Source: Acidimicrobiia bacterium
GTDB taxonomy: Bacteria > Actinomycetota > Acidimicrobiia > Spongiisociales > ZC4RG35
Length of the DNA: 64,000 bases
Reading direction: 5' to 3'
Assembly: GCA_036396655.1 (NCBI GenBank)
Contig: DASWKK010000066.1
Coordinates: 912-64,911 of the forward strand
Position numbers and translations under genes: made by a program. Of this stretch, positions 1-8,404 are shown one piece after another. The stretch's first letter is position 1, and each line of letters begins with the position of its first letter. The notes under the pieces are model-generated. The model was not told where the DNA came from. It saw nothing but the letters and a program-made list of their open reading frames with translations, and did no database searches.

Positions 1-245
1 TCCATGTCGATGTTGTCGAGGCCCACCCCGAGACGGCCCACCACCCGAAGACTCGGCGACGCATCCAGCAGTTCCTGGTCGATTCGGGTGCGGTTCCGGA
101 TGAAGACTGCAGCCGCGTCCCCGATCTCGATGAGGAGCCGGGCGCGGTCGGCGTAGAGATCCGGTTCGTAGACCACCTCGAAGCTCTGGCGGAGACGGTC
201 GAGGTGGTTCTCGGGTAGGAACTCGGAGACTACGACCCTGGTCAC
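1..245 (-). CDS. D-isomer-specific 2-hydroxyacid dehydrogenase family protein, N-terminal part (gene continues beyond window start)
   Basis: Reverse-complement translation from GTG at 245-243 gives VTRVVVSEFLPENHLDRLRQSFEVVYEPD...RVVGRLGVGLDNIDM, typical N-terminus of PGDH/GyaR-like dehydrogenases; start overlaps stop of upstream gene as GTGA. Confidence 0.6.
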   Translation of the reverse strand, partial: MTRVVVSEFLPENHLDRLRQSFEVVYEPDLYADRARLLIEIGDAAAVFIRNRTRIDQELLDASPSLRVVGRLGVGLDNIDM

Positions 246-1135
246 GGGTTGGTACGGAGCGCCAGCCCGATGATCTCCCGGGCCTCGGCCGCTGACGCTA
301 TCTCCCGGCCCTGCTCGGTGGCGATACGGACGATCTTGTCCACAAGCCGTGCGTTGGTTCCGGCGAGCTCACCCGGGGAGAGATAGGGGTTGTCCTCCGA
401 GCCGACCCTGACGTGCCCGCCGAGACCGATGACCATCGAGAGCAGCTTCCACTGCTCGGTGGGGCTCATAACACTCACGTTGTAGTTGACGAAGTCGGGG
501 AGGAGCCCGGTCATGTAGAGAAGCGCCGCCTCGGTCGGCGGGGTCCACGAACCCCCCGCCCAGTCGAGGAAGACCGTGGCCCAAAGCGGTTCCTCGAGCA
601 GTCCTTCGCCATGGAGTTTGCTCAGGTTCCACACCGCTCCGGAATGGAACACCTCTATTTCGGGCTTGACCCCGTGTCGGGGAAGCTCGCGGGCATAGTC
701 ACGGAGCTCCTCCAAGGGATGCAACGAGTAGATGGCGTTGGGTGGGTACTCGGGATCGGGCTGGAAGTACTCGTCGTGGGCGTTGAAGGCGACTGACATC
801 ATCTCCGGCCCCAGCTCGAGCAACGGGACCCGGTCCTCGAAGCGAGCCCCGGCGATGCCATATTGGATTATGGTGTCCCGCTCGGAACGGATCCCTGCGG
901 TGATCTCGGCCCAGCCCTCCACGTCGATCCGGCTCAGCTTGCGCCCGTCGTCCTGTAGCTCCGCCTCCAGCTTGCGCACGCCGTGGAGATGAGAGACGGC
1001 CGCACCTGCGTCTATACATTTGATGTACTCCGCGGCGATGACTTCGGTGTTCTCCCGGGTCGGCGCCGGGCAGTGGGGGTTCGACGGGTACGACACCGAC
1101 GAGTCGCAGGCGGCGGTGATGATCAGCTTCTCCAT
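242..1135 (-). CDS. beta-keto acid cleavage enzyme (BKACE/DUF849, 3-keto-5-aminohexanoate cleavage enzyme-like)
   Basis: 297-aa ORF with MEKLIITAACD...HLH...PEIEVFHSGAVWN pattern characteristic of the Kce/DUF849 TIM-barrel family. Confidence 0.7.
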   Translation of the reverse strand: MEKLIITAACDSSVSYPSNPHCPAPTRENTEVIAAEYIKCIDAGAAVSHLHGVRKLEAELQDDGRKLSRIDVEGWAEITAGIRSERDTIIQYGIAGARFEDRVPLLELGPEMMSVAFNAHDEYFQPDPEYPPNAIYSLHPLEELRDYARELPRHGVKPEIEVFHSGAVWNLSKLHGEGLLEEPLWATVFLDWAGGSWTPPTEAALLYMTGLLPDFVNYNVSVMSPTEQWKLLSMVIGLGGHVRVGSEDNPYLSPGELAGTNARLVDKIVRIATEQGREIASAAEAREIIGLALRTNP

Positions 1136-1154
1136 GTGGTGCCCCCGTCTTCTG

Positions 1155-2090
1155 TTACTTGCCGGAGCCGGTGACCAGACCGGCCACCACGTACTTCTCC
1201 ACCCGGGTGTAGACCAGGATGAAGGGAAGCACGGTGAGCAAGGTGAACGCGGCCTCGCCGGGGAAGTTGGCTATGCCTTCGATGCCCTGCATGAGATAGA
1301 GCTCGAAGGGGAGGGTGCGTTTGCCAGGTGAGCTGGTCAGGACCAGCACCAGGGTGAACTCGTTCCACGCCTCGCGGAAGGCAAGGACGCCGATGGTGAT
1401 CATCGCCGGTGAAGCCAGAGGGGCGACGATGTAACGGAGACGACCCCACAAAGAGGCACCATCGACGTTGGCCGCCTCTTCGATCTCACGCGGGATCTGT
1501 TGGAAGAACCCAACCATCAACCACACCGCAAGTGGGAGCAGCATGCCGGTGTAGACGATGATCAGGGTGAACCGCTTGTCGAGCAGGCCGGCGGCGACCG
1601 CGAGCCGATACAGCGGGACCATGAGCCCGAGGCTCGGCACCAGTCTGGGGAGCAAGGTGAACAGCAGCAGCAGATGGCGACCCCGGAACCTGAACCTGGC
1701 GAAGGCGTAGGCGGCGGGCACGCCGATCAGGATGGTGAGGGCGGTGGTTCCCACCCCGACGATGAGGCTATTGAGAAACGATGCGGTGAAGCTCTCACTG
1801 GAAAGGACCTCGCGATAGGCGTCGAGGTTGGGGTTGGTGGGTATGAGGCCCGGGTCGGCAAACACCGCGGCGCGCTGTTTGAAGGAGACCGACATGGTCA
1901 CCAGGAACGGAGTGACCGTCCAGAGGACGAGGGCGACGAGGGGGAGGGCGAGCAGCACCTGCTTCAACCCGCGTCTCAGCCTCCCGCCGACCAGCCGACG
2001 TGGTTCGGGCGGAGGACCGGTGACCGCCGCCGCGGCCCTGGCGGTCTCCTCTGCGAAGGCGGGCTCGTCGCCGTGCCGTACGTCGGTCAT
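1155..2090 (-). CDS. carbohydrate ABC transporter permease (MalG/UgpE-like)
   Basis: C-terminal 312 aa of the 616-aa track ORF are a 6-TM permease with EAA-like loop (IEEAANVDGASLWGRLRYIVAPL); true start ATG at 2090-2088 (MTDVRHG), ATGA overlap with upstream permease. Confidence 0.85.
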   Translation of the reverse strand: MTDVRHGDEPAFAEETARAAAAVTGPPPEPRRLVGGRLRRGLKQVLLALPLVALVLWTVTPFLVTMSVSFKQRAAVFADPGLIPTNPNLDAYREVLSSESFTASFLNSLIVGVGTTALTILIGVPAAYAFARFRFRGRHLLLLFTLLPRLVPSLGLMVPLYRLAVAAGLLDKRFTLIIVYTGMLLPLAVWLMVGFFQQIPREIEEAANVDGASLWGRLRYIVAPLASPAMITIGVLAFREAWNEFTLVLVLTSSPGKRTLPFELYLMQGIEGIANFPGEAAFTLLTVLPFILVYTRVEKYVVAGLVTGSGK

Positions 2091-3046
2091 TGCTGGTACT
2101 CGTATCGACGGCCGATGGCCACGTAGGCCAGCGTGAGAACGGCGTTGAGGACGAGGATGAACGCGGCGATGGCCAATGCCGATTCGAACTCGAGATTGCG
2201 GAAGGCGACGGTGTACATCTCCATGGCCAGGGTCTGGGTCGCCTTGAGCGGGCCACCCCCGGTGAGGGCGAGCACGACGCCGAGACCGGTGAGGGTCGAG
2301 TAGGACAGCCAAACCGTGCTGATGAGGAGTTGTGGGGCGAGGAGGGGGATGGTCAGATGCCGGGCCCGGGTCCATCCGGTGGCCCCGTCGACCAGGGCGG
2401 CATCCAGATAGGACTTGTCCACGGTCATCAAGCCCCCGAGCAGAACCAGGATGGTGAGCGGCAGGTCGGTCCACACCTGGGTGACGATGACGACGAACAT
2501 GGCCAACCCGGGGTCGGCCAGCCATGACGGGCCGTCGACCCCGAACCACTCGATCACCTGGTTGAGCACGCCGAACTGGCTGTTGAAAAGGATGCGAAAC
2601 ATCACCGCGGCGGCGACGTTGGAGATGATGTAGGGGGCCACGGTGACCGCCCGGAGAAAGCGCAACTTCGACACCACCCGAAACAGGGCGAAGGCGAAGA
2701 AGAGCCCGAGCCCGGTCCCCAGGATCAGGGAGCCAAAGGTGAAGATGGCGGTCCGGTTCATGGCATGCCAGAAGGCAGGGGCATCGAACATGCCGGCGTA
2801 GTTGGCGAAACCCACCCACTCCAGGGGCGACCCGAGCGTCTCCCTGGTGTAGAGGCTCTGCCACACCCCGTAGAGGACCGGAAAACCGAGGATGGCCGCA
2901 ACCAGGAGGATGGCGGGCAGGCTGAACAGGTAGGGCGTCGCCTTGTTGTGCCCCAGAACCACGTTCTGGTCCGGGCCGCGTTTCTCCTCGCGTCGACGCC
3001 ACCATCGTCTTTGCGGCTTCTTAGTTGTGACCGTGGTGGCTGTCAT
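2087..3046 (-). CDS. carbohydrate ABC transporter permease (MalF/UgpA-like)
   Basis: 319-aa multi-TM protein, typical sugar permease; 4-nt overlap with downstream permease. Confidence 0.85.
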   Translation of the reverse strand: MTATTVTTKKPQRRWWRRREEKRGPDQNVVLGHNKATPYLFSLPAILLVAAILGFPVLYGVWQSLYTRETLGSPLEWVGFANYAGMFDAPAFWHAMNRTAIFTFGSLILGTGLGLFFAFALFRVVSKLRFLRAVTVAPYIISNVAAAVMFRILFNSQFGVLNQVIEWFGVDGPSWLADPGLAMFVVIVTQVWTDLPLTILVLLGGLMTVDKSYLDAALVDGATGWTRARHLTIPLLAPQLLISTVWLSYSTLTGLGVVLALTGGGPLKATQTLAMEMYTVAFRNLEFESALAIAAFILVLNAVLTLAYVAIGRRYEYQQ

Positions 3047-3157
3047 CTGTCGAGCCCTGCATGCTCTCCCCCAAGGAAGAGCACACCCGTGACGGTGTCA
3101 CGGGTGTGCCTCGTTTCTTTGGGTGCTCGTCTCAACGTAGCACCACTGGGTTTTCCT

Positions 3158-4564
3158 CTAGATCCCGTCGAGCAGCGCCTGGTATTCGGTGGCCAACTCC
3201 TCGGCGGTCTTGTCGGTCCCGACGACGATCTCGCCGAACATCTGCTCGAGTATCACCTCGACGTCGCCGGCCTTGGGGCCCGCCGGTGTCGGCGAGCTCC
3301 CCAGATAGGCCGCCTTGAGATCCTCGTTGAAGAACGGCCAGATCTCCTGCAGCCTGGGATCGTCGATCGCCTCCGTCTGCCTCATCGGGACCGAGCCGTT
3401 GCCAGCCGCGTCGATCAGGTTGTCAGTCTCGGCGATGTACCTGAGGACCAATGCAGCCTCATCGGGATGTTCGGACCCTGCCACCACGGCCCATGCCCGC
3501 GCCGCGGAGAGGGCGACGCCGTCTTGGCCACCGCCGGACTGGGAGAGCGGGACCGGGGTCAGGCTCCACTGGTCGGGGTAGGCAAAGCCCTCCGCTGCGC
3601 CGAAGTCGGCGGCGGTGGTGAACCCGTCCAGGATCAATCCGGCGTCCCCGGACACGAAGGCGCCACGGGACTCGTCTTCACCCCAGGCAATCGCCTCAGG
3701 GGGAAGCAGCTCCTCTTGTGCGGCCTGGAGGAACCAGTTGATGGTGTAGATCCCGGCGTCGGACATGAGGTCGGGGACTGCCTCGGTGTACTCAACCCCG
3801 GCAGCAGCCAACATCGTCTTGAGCGTGGTGACGCCCTGGCCTGCCTGCGCCTGGACCGTCATCGGGATGCTGTCGGGTCGCGCCGTCTTCATCGCTCTCA
3901 TGGCGTCGAGCACGGCGTCGAGGGAGTCGAAGGGCACGGTGACCCCTGCCTCCTCGAACCATTCGGCGTTGTAATAGAGGACGTCGAAGTTGGCGGTGAT
4001 CGATGCCCCGTACTTCACGCCGTCGAGGGCGGTCTCATCCCAAACCAGGGGGAGAAGCTGGCCGTACTGATCCGGAGCCTCGGCTTCCCAGGTTGCCGCT
4101 AGCTCGTCGTGGGACTCGAGCAACCCTGCCTCGACATAGCTGGCGATCAGGAACGAGTCCTCGGCGCCGAGCACGTCAGGCAACGGCTGACCGGCGTCCC
4201 GCATCCGGAGGAACTGCTGCAGGATGTCGTCATTGGCCTGGACGTCCCAGGTGACGTTGATGTTCGGGTGCTCAGCCATGAAGCTCTCGAACCCGTCGGG
4301 TGGGATGTAGTAGTCCCGGGTCACCCAGATGACGATGTCGACCTCCTCCATTTCCTCGCCGCCGGCGGTGGTGTCGGTGTCACCTCCGTCTGCGGTGGTC
4401 TCGGTGTCGCCACCCGCTGTGGTGGTCGTGTCGTCTGCGTCGTCGCCGGCACAGGCTGCAATCACCAGCCCCAGAGCCAGCAGTAGGGCAAGTAGTCGAT
4501 GGTTCGTTGATTGGATCTGGCCTCGTGAGTCGGATCCAGCGCGCCGTTTCCGTCTGAAGATCAC
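3158..4564 (-). CDS. ABC transporter extracellular solute-binding lipoprotein (sugar-binding family 1)
   Basis: N-terminal signal peptide with lipobox LVIAAC, followed by acidic Thr/Asp/Gly low-complexity linker and SBP fold; first gene of the permease operon. Confidence 0.8.
   Translation of the reverse strand: MIFRRKRRAGSDSRGQIQSTNHRLLALLLALGLVIAACAGDDADDTTTTAGGDTETTADGGDTDTTAGGEEMEEVDIVIWVTRDYYIPPDGFESFMAEHPNINVTWDVQANDDILQQFLRMRDAGQPLPDVLGAEDSFLIASYVEAGLLESHDELAATWEAEAPDQYGQLLPLVWDETALDGVKYGASITANFDVLYYNAEWFEEAGVTVPFDSLDAVLDAMRAMKTARPDSIPMTVQAQAGQGVTTLKTMLAAAGVEYTEAVPDLMSDAGIYTINWFLQAAQEELLPPEAIAWGEDESRGAFVSGDAGLILDGFTTAADFGAAEGFAYPDQWSLTPVPLSQSGGGQDGVALSAARAWAVVAGSEHPDEAALVLRYIAETDNLIDAAGNGSVPMRQTEAIDDPRLQEIWPFFNEDLKAAYLGSSPTPAGPKAGDVEVILEQMFGEIVVGTDKTAEELATEYQALLDGI
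4361..4445. repeat. imperfect ~27-bp tandem repeat x3 encoding the TTAGGDT-type acidic linker of the solute-binding protein
   Basis: ggcggtggtgtcggtgtcacctccgtct / gcggtggtctcggtgtcgccacccgct / gtggtggtcgtgtcgtctgcgtcgtcg read on plus strand. Confidence 0.4.
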
Positions 4565-4693
4565 TGATTCTTCTCCTCCCGTATCGATGCCTGCGATGGG
4601 CCCCGAGCGCCGTATGCAGATGAGAAATCGCGGATCTTTCCTGCACTATGTAGAATACCGACTATTCGTAACACGGTCAAGCGGGCCCGTAGC

Positions 4694-5728
4694 ATGATCC
4701 GGGCCTCTTCCGAATCGTCGATTGGAGTTGACATGGAAGCGGTGAGAGTGGCCTCGATCGGACTCGGTTGGTGGGGTGGAAACCTGGCTGACAAGGCGCG
4801 TTTGGCCGGTCTCGAGGTGGTGGGAGCGTTCGCCCGGGGCCGGGAGCAGCGTGAGGAGTTTGCCCGTCTTCATGGAGGCCGGCCCGCGTCGTCCCTCGAG
4901 GATCTTCTCTCCGATACCGAGGTGGAGGCAGTGATGATCGCGACGCCCCACTCGACTCATGCCGATCTGGTGGTTGCCGCAGCGGAGGCGGGCAAGCACA
5001 TCTTTGTCGACAAGCCGTTCACGTTGAGCGTCGCCGAGGCAAAGCGGGCGAGTGCGGCGGCTGATCGAGCAGGCGTGGTGCTCCAGGTGGGTCACAACCG
5101 CCGGCGTCAGCCGGCGACGCGTCGGCTCAAGCAGTTGGTGGATGGCGGCGAGCTGGGGATGGTCCACTACGCGGAAGCCAATCTGTCCTACCCCAAAGGG
5201 CTCAACCCTCGAACCGGCTGGCGTGGTGATCCGGCCGAAAGCCCCGCAGGCGGGATGACCGGGCTGGGCGTCCACATGGCCGACAACCTCATCTATCTCC
5301 TCGGCCAGGTGGCAAGGGTTGTCGCCTTCAGCAAGAGAATCATCGGAGTCGGCCCTCTCGACGACGCCACGACCGCGACCTTGGAGTTCCACAGCGGTCC
5401 CCTCGCCGTTCTCGGCACGACGATGGTGATACCCGACATCGCCCGAACCGCCGTCTGGGGAACTGAAGCCGCCGCGTGGAATGAGGTCGATGGCGAGCGC
5501 TTCTACCTTCAGCGGACCGGGGAGAAGTATCGCACAGAACAGCCAGTGGACACCCTGGACACCGTCAAGGACGAATTGGAGGAGTTCGCCACCAACGTGC
5601 GCACCGGCACCCGACCCGAGACCGGCGGCCCCGAGGCGCTCGAAGTGATCGCGGTCCTCGAGGGCATCGTCGAGAGCGTGCAAACCGGGAGCGTGGTGGA
5701 TCTGGACGTGGTGCGAGCGCGGGAGTAG
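4694..5728 (+). CDS. Gfo/Idh/MocA family NAD(P)-dependent oxidoreductase
   Basis: Rossmann N-terminus VRVASIGLGWWG..., EVEAVMIATPHSTHADL..., HIFVDKPF; start may be the internal ATG at 4733 (MEAVRV). Confidence 0.8.
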   Translation: MIRASSESSIGVDMEAVRVASIGLGWWGGNLADKARLAGLEVVGAFARGREQREEFARLHGGRPASSLEDLLSDTEVEAVMIATPHSTHADLVVAAAEAGKHIFVDKPFTLSVAEAKRASAAADRAGVVLQVGHNRRRQPATRRLKQLVDGGELGMVHYAEANLSYPKGLNPRTGWRGDPAESPAGGMTGLGVHMADNLIYLLGQVARVVAFSKRIIGVGPLDDATTATLEFHSGPLAVLGTTMVIPDIARTAVWGTEAAAWNEVDGERFYLQRTGEKYRTEQPVDTLDTVKDELEEFATNVRTGTRPETGGPEALEVIAVLEGIVESVQTGSVVDLDVVRARE

Positions 5729-5795
5729 CGGGCGGCGCGCGGCGCGTGCCGGTCAGTCCTTCTCCTTGGGTAATCTCACTGTTGGCTTCCACCTT

Positions 5796-5862
5796 TGGGG
5801 GGTGGTGCAACCGGTAGCACCGTTGGTTGCGGGGTCCTGTAAGAGCGGGTCAGTCCTGGCCG
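5796..5862 (+). pseudogene. decayed tRNA-Gln copy (pseudo-tRNA)
   Basis: Intact acceptor 5' arm and D-arm (TGGGGGG TG GTGC AACCGGTA GCAC) but anticodon arm does not pair and T-arm carries deletions (GGGTCAGTCCTGG instead of GGGTTCGAGTCCTGC). Confidence 0.6.
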
Positions 5863-5892
5863 CTGGGTAATCTCACTGTTGGCTTCCACCTT

Positions 5893-5964
5893 TGGGGGGT
5901 GGTGTAACCGGTAGCACGGCAGGTTTTGGTCCTGTAAGAGCGGGTTCGAGTCCTGCCCCCCCAG
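5893..5964 (+). tRNA. tRNA-Gln (anticodon TTG)
   Basis: Manual fold: acceptor TGGGGGG/CCCCCCA with U1-A72 (hallmark of bacterial tRNA-Gln), D stem GTGT/GCAC, anticodon stem GCAGG/CCTGT, loop TTTTGGT giving anticodon UUG, T-arm GCGGG-TTCGAGT-CCTGC, discriminator G; CCA not encoded. Confidence 0.8.
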
Positions 5965-5987
5965 CGTCAGCCACCGAGAGGTACGTC

Positions 5988-7376
5988 TTGCCAGTTCATG
6001 TGGTGATCCTCGCTGCCGGCGAGGGCAAGAGAATGAGGTCCGATCTGCCCAAGGTGGCCCACATGGCGGCGGGACGGTCCCTGATCGGTTGGGTGCTGGA
6101 GGCGGTTCGCCCGTTGGAGGCGGCGAGCACCGTTGTTGTCGTCGGTCATGGAGCCGAAATGGTCGACCCGCATCTTCCCCAAGGGGTTCTCTCCGCAGTT
6201 CAGAGTGAACAGCTCGGAACCGGGCACGCCACCCAAGTGGGCCTCGACGCACTCGACGAAGTGGAACCCGATGACACGATCATGGTCCTCTACGGGGACA
6301 TGCCGTTGCTCAGTGACGGTCTGCTGAGAAGACTGGCTGATCGATCTCCCGACGTGGCGGCTCGTCTGGTGACCTCAACTTTCGATGACCCCACCGGCTA
6401 TGGCCGTGTCATCAGGGACGGTCGTGGGTTGGTGGAGAAGATCGTGGAGGAGCGGGATTGTGACGATGCCCAGCGGGCGGTGAGGGAAATCAACGCCGGC
6501 TCGTACGCCTTTCGGGCCAGGGACCTGATCGATGCTCTCAGCCTCGTTTCCAACGACAATGCCCAGGGCGAGTATTACCTGACCGACGTGGTTGGGATCC
6601 TGGTGGGGAGAGGGGAGCGTCTGGAACCGGTGGAGACGACACCCGAGGAGGTGGTCGGTATCAATTCTCAGAGCCAATTGTCGGAGGCGACTCGACTCTT
6701 GCACAAGCGCACCAATCAGAGGCTGCTCGAATCGGGAGTGTGGATTCTCGATCCCGACCGGACCTACATCGACGACACAGTGTCGGTCGAGCCGGGGGCC
6801 AGGATCTATCCGGGGGTCCATCTCGAGGGAGAAACCAGGGTCGGAGCGGGAGCCCAAGTCGGGCCCGATGTCTTTGCTGTCGATTCCACCATTGGTGCCG
6901 GGTCGACCGTGTGGTACGCGGTGCTGCGTGGCGCGATGATCGGGGAGGATTGCCAGGTCGGCCCATACGCCTCCCTGCGTCAGGGCACGGTTCTGGAGAA
7001 GGGTGCCAAGGTCGGGACTTTTGTGGAGACCAAGAACACCACGCTCGGTGAGAATGCCAAAGCACCTCATCTGTCGTATCTGGGCGACGCAACCATCGGC
7101 GCCCGATCCAACATCGGCGCCGGGTCGATCACCTGCAACTATGACGGCTATCAGAAACACCGAACCGAGATCGGTGAAGAGGTCTTCATCGGATCGGACA
7201 CCATGCTGGTTGCCCCGGTGAGGATCGGAGACCGCGCTGTCACCGGCGCCGGTTCGGTGATAACGCAGGACGTCGACGAAGGCGCTCTTGCCGTTGAGCG
7301 GAGCGAGCAGCGTCTGATCGACGGCTACTCTGAAAGGCGAGCCAAGAGACATGCCGCCAACGAAACAGAGGACTGA
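5988..7376 (+). CDS. glmU: bifunctional UDP-N-acetylglucosamine pyrophosphorylase / glucosamine-1-phosphate N-acetyltransferase
   Basis: N-terminal nucleotidyltransferase motif VVILAAGEGKRMRSDLPKV and C-terminal left-handed beta-helix hexapeptide repeats; TTG at 5988 preceded by GAGAGG; the track ORF start at 5892 overlaps the tRNA and is rejected. Confidence 0.85.
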   Translation: MPVHVVILAAGEGKRMRSDLPKVAHMAAGRSLIGWVLEAVRPLEAASTVVVVGHGAEMVDPHLPQGVLSAVQSEQLGTGHATQVGLDALDEVEPDDTIMVLYGDMPLLSDGLLRRLADRSPDVAARLVTSTFDDPTGYGRVIRDGRGLVEKIVEERDCDDAQRAVREINAGSYAFRARDLIDALSLVSNDNAQGEYYLTDVVGILVGRGERLEPVETTPEEVVGINSQSQLSEATRLLHKRTNQRLLESGVWILDPDRTYIDDTVSVEPGARIYPGVHLEGETRVGAGAQVGPDVFAVDSTIGAGSTVWYAVLRGAMIGEDCQVGPYASLRQGTVLEKGAKVGTFVETKNTTLGENAKAPHLSYLGDATIGARSNIGAGSITCNYDGYQKHRTEIGEEVFIGSDTMLVAPVRIGDRAVTGAGSVITQDVDEGALAVERSEQRLIDGYSERRAKRHAANETED

Positions 7377-8349
7377 GTTGGACATTGTTTCCCGCAACCG
7401 AATGATGCTGTTCACCGGGGGCGCCAATATCCCCCTCGCTGAAGAGGTGGCGGAGGTCCTGGGCGTGGCGCTGGGTGACCTCGAGCGGTCGCGATTCGCC
7501 AATGGCGAGCTCTACATTCGACCCGGTGAGAGTGTCCGTGGGGCGGACTGCTACGTGATGCAGTCTCATTGCGAGCCCATGAATGACAACATCATGGAGC
7601 AGCTGATAACGATCGATGCGCTGAAGAGGGCGTCCGCGCGTCGCATCACCGCGGTGATGCCCTACTTCGGATACTCGAGGCAGGACAAGAAGGTCAGGCC
7701 GCGGGAGCCGATCACCGCTCGGCTGGTCGGGGACCTCTTCATGACGGCGGGCGCCGACCGGTTGGTCTCGGTGGACCTGCACACCGGCCAGTTGCAGGGA
7801 TTCATCCACAAGCCGTTCGACTCGCTGACAGCGCTTCCCATCATCACCGAGTATCTGTCCGAGCGGCTCGATGGCCCGACCACTGTCCTCTCCCCGGACG
7901 CTGGTGGGGTGAAGCGGGCCGAGCGGTATGCCAGATTTCTCGATGCCTCCGTCGCCTTCGTGTACAAACGGCGCGATCCGACCGAGCACAACGTCTCTTC
8001 GGCGTTGGCGATGGCGGGATCGGTCAAGGACCGGCATGTCGTGATCGTCGATGACATCATCGACACGGCGGGGACGGTCACCAACGCCGCCGAGATGGTC
8101 CATGCCCAGGGCGCCCTCAGCGTGCGCATCGCGGCCACCCACGGTGTGTTCTCCGATCCTGCGGTTGACCGGATCAAGAACGCACCGGTAGAGGAAGTGA
8201 TCGTTACCAATACCCTGCCGGTGTCACCCGAGGCACTGGAGTTGGACAAGGTCCAAGTCCTGTCGATAGCGCCGATCCTGGCCGAGACCCTGCAGGCGAT
8301 CTTCATGGATTCTTCGGTCTCGGAGATCTTCCTCGGCGAGAACGCCTAG
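7351..8349 (+). CDS. prs: ribose-phosphate pyrophosphokinase
   Basis: LFTGGANIPLAEEVA..., PYFGYSRQDKK, VVIVDDIIDTAGT motifs; N-terminal extension as in mycobacterial PrsA; alternative start at 7402. Confidence 0.85.
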   Translation: MPPTKQRTELDIVSRNRMMLFTGGANIPLAEEVAEVLGVALGDLERSRFANGELYIRPGESVRGADCYVMQSHCEPMNDNIMEQLITIDALKRASARRITAVMPYFGYSRQDKKVRPREPITARLVGDLFMTAGADRLVSVDLHTGQLQGFIHKPFDSLTALPIITEYLSERLDGPTTVLSPDAGGVKRAERYARFLDASVAFVYKRRDPTEHNVSSALAMAGSVKDRHVVIVDDIIDTAGTVTNAAEMVHAQGALSVRIAATHGVFSDPAVDRIKNAPVEEVIVTNTLPVSPEALELDKVQVLSIAPILAETLQAIFMDSSVSEIFLGENA

Positions 8350-8404
8350 TGGCCGACCACTAGAATCCCCGTTCCGCCCCGGCACTTCCTACACTCCCGG
8401 CTTC

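Larger units (their letters stand above)
5766..5964 (+). repeat. tandem direct repeat (two ~97-bp units) comprising upstream leader plus tRNA-Gln; first unit degenerate
   Basis: 5766-5820 and 5863-5917 identical at 53/55 positions (ttgggtaatctcactgttggcttccacctttggggggtggtg[c/t]aaccggtagcac), then the units diverge. Confidence 0.8.

Noticed and set aside
1155-3005. 616-aa minus-strand ORF spanning both permease genes
   Set aside because: Only the C-terminal 312 aa look like a permease. The N-terminal 300 aa are Arg/Pro/Gly-rich out-of-frame read-through across the upstream permease gene. The true start is the ATG at 2090 (MTDVRHG), forming an ATGA overlap.
4646-5683. 345-aa antisense ORF opposite the Gfo/Idh/MocA gene, and similar long antisense ORFs (7240-8142, 8360-9049, 12428-13294, 13035-13976, 15702-16766, 21159-22481, 35815-36609, 37096-37956, 38839-39741, 43213-44208, 45129-46139, 47030-48094, 53677-54633, 55941-56651, 57850-58863, 59882-60793, 60908-61558, 61482-62303)
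   Set aside because: High-GC genomes generate long stop-free antisense frames. These have Arg/Pro/Gly-biased low-complexity translations, no recognisable domains, and fully overlap well-supported genes.
5766-5964. tRNA-Gln duplication as an integrative-element attachment site
   Set aside because: Integrase-mediated duplications copy the tRNA 3' end, but here the leader and 5' half are duplicated. No integrase, excisionase or phage genes lie nearby, and the downstream glmU-prs arrangement is conserved core.
5892-5987. Track start of the glmU ORF at 5892
   Set aside because: It would overlap the tRNA-Gln gene. An in-frame TTG at 5988 with a GAGAGG Shine-Dalgarno directly precedes the conserved GlmU N-terminus.
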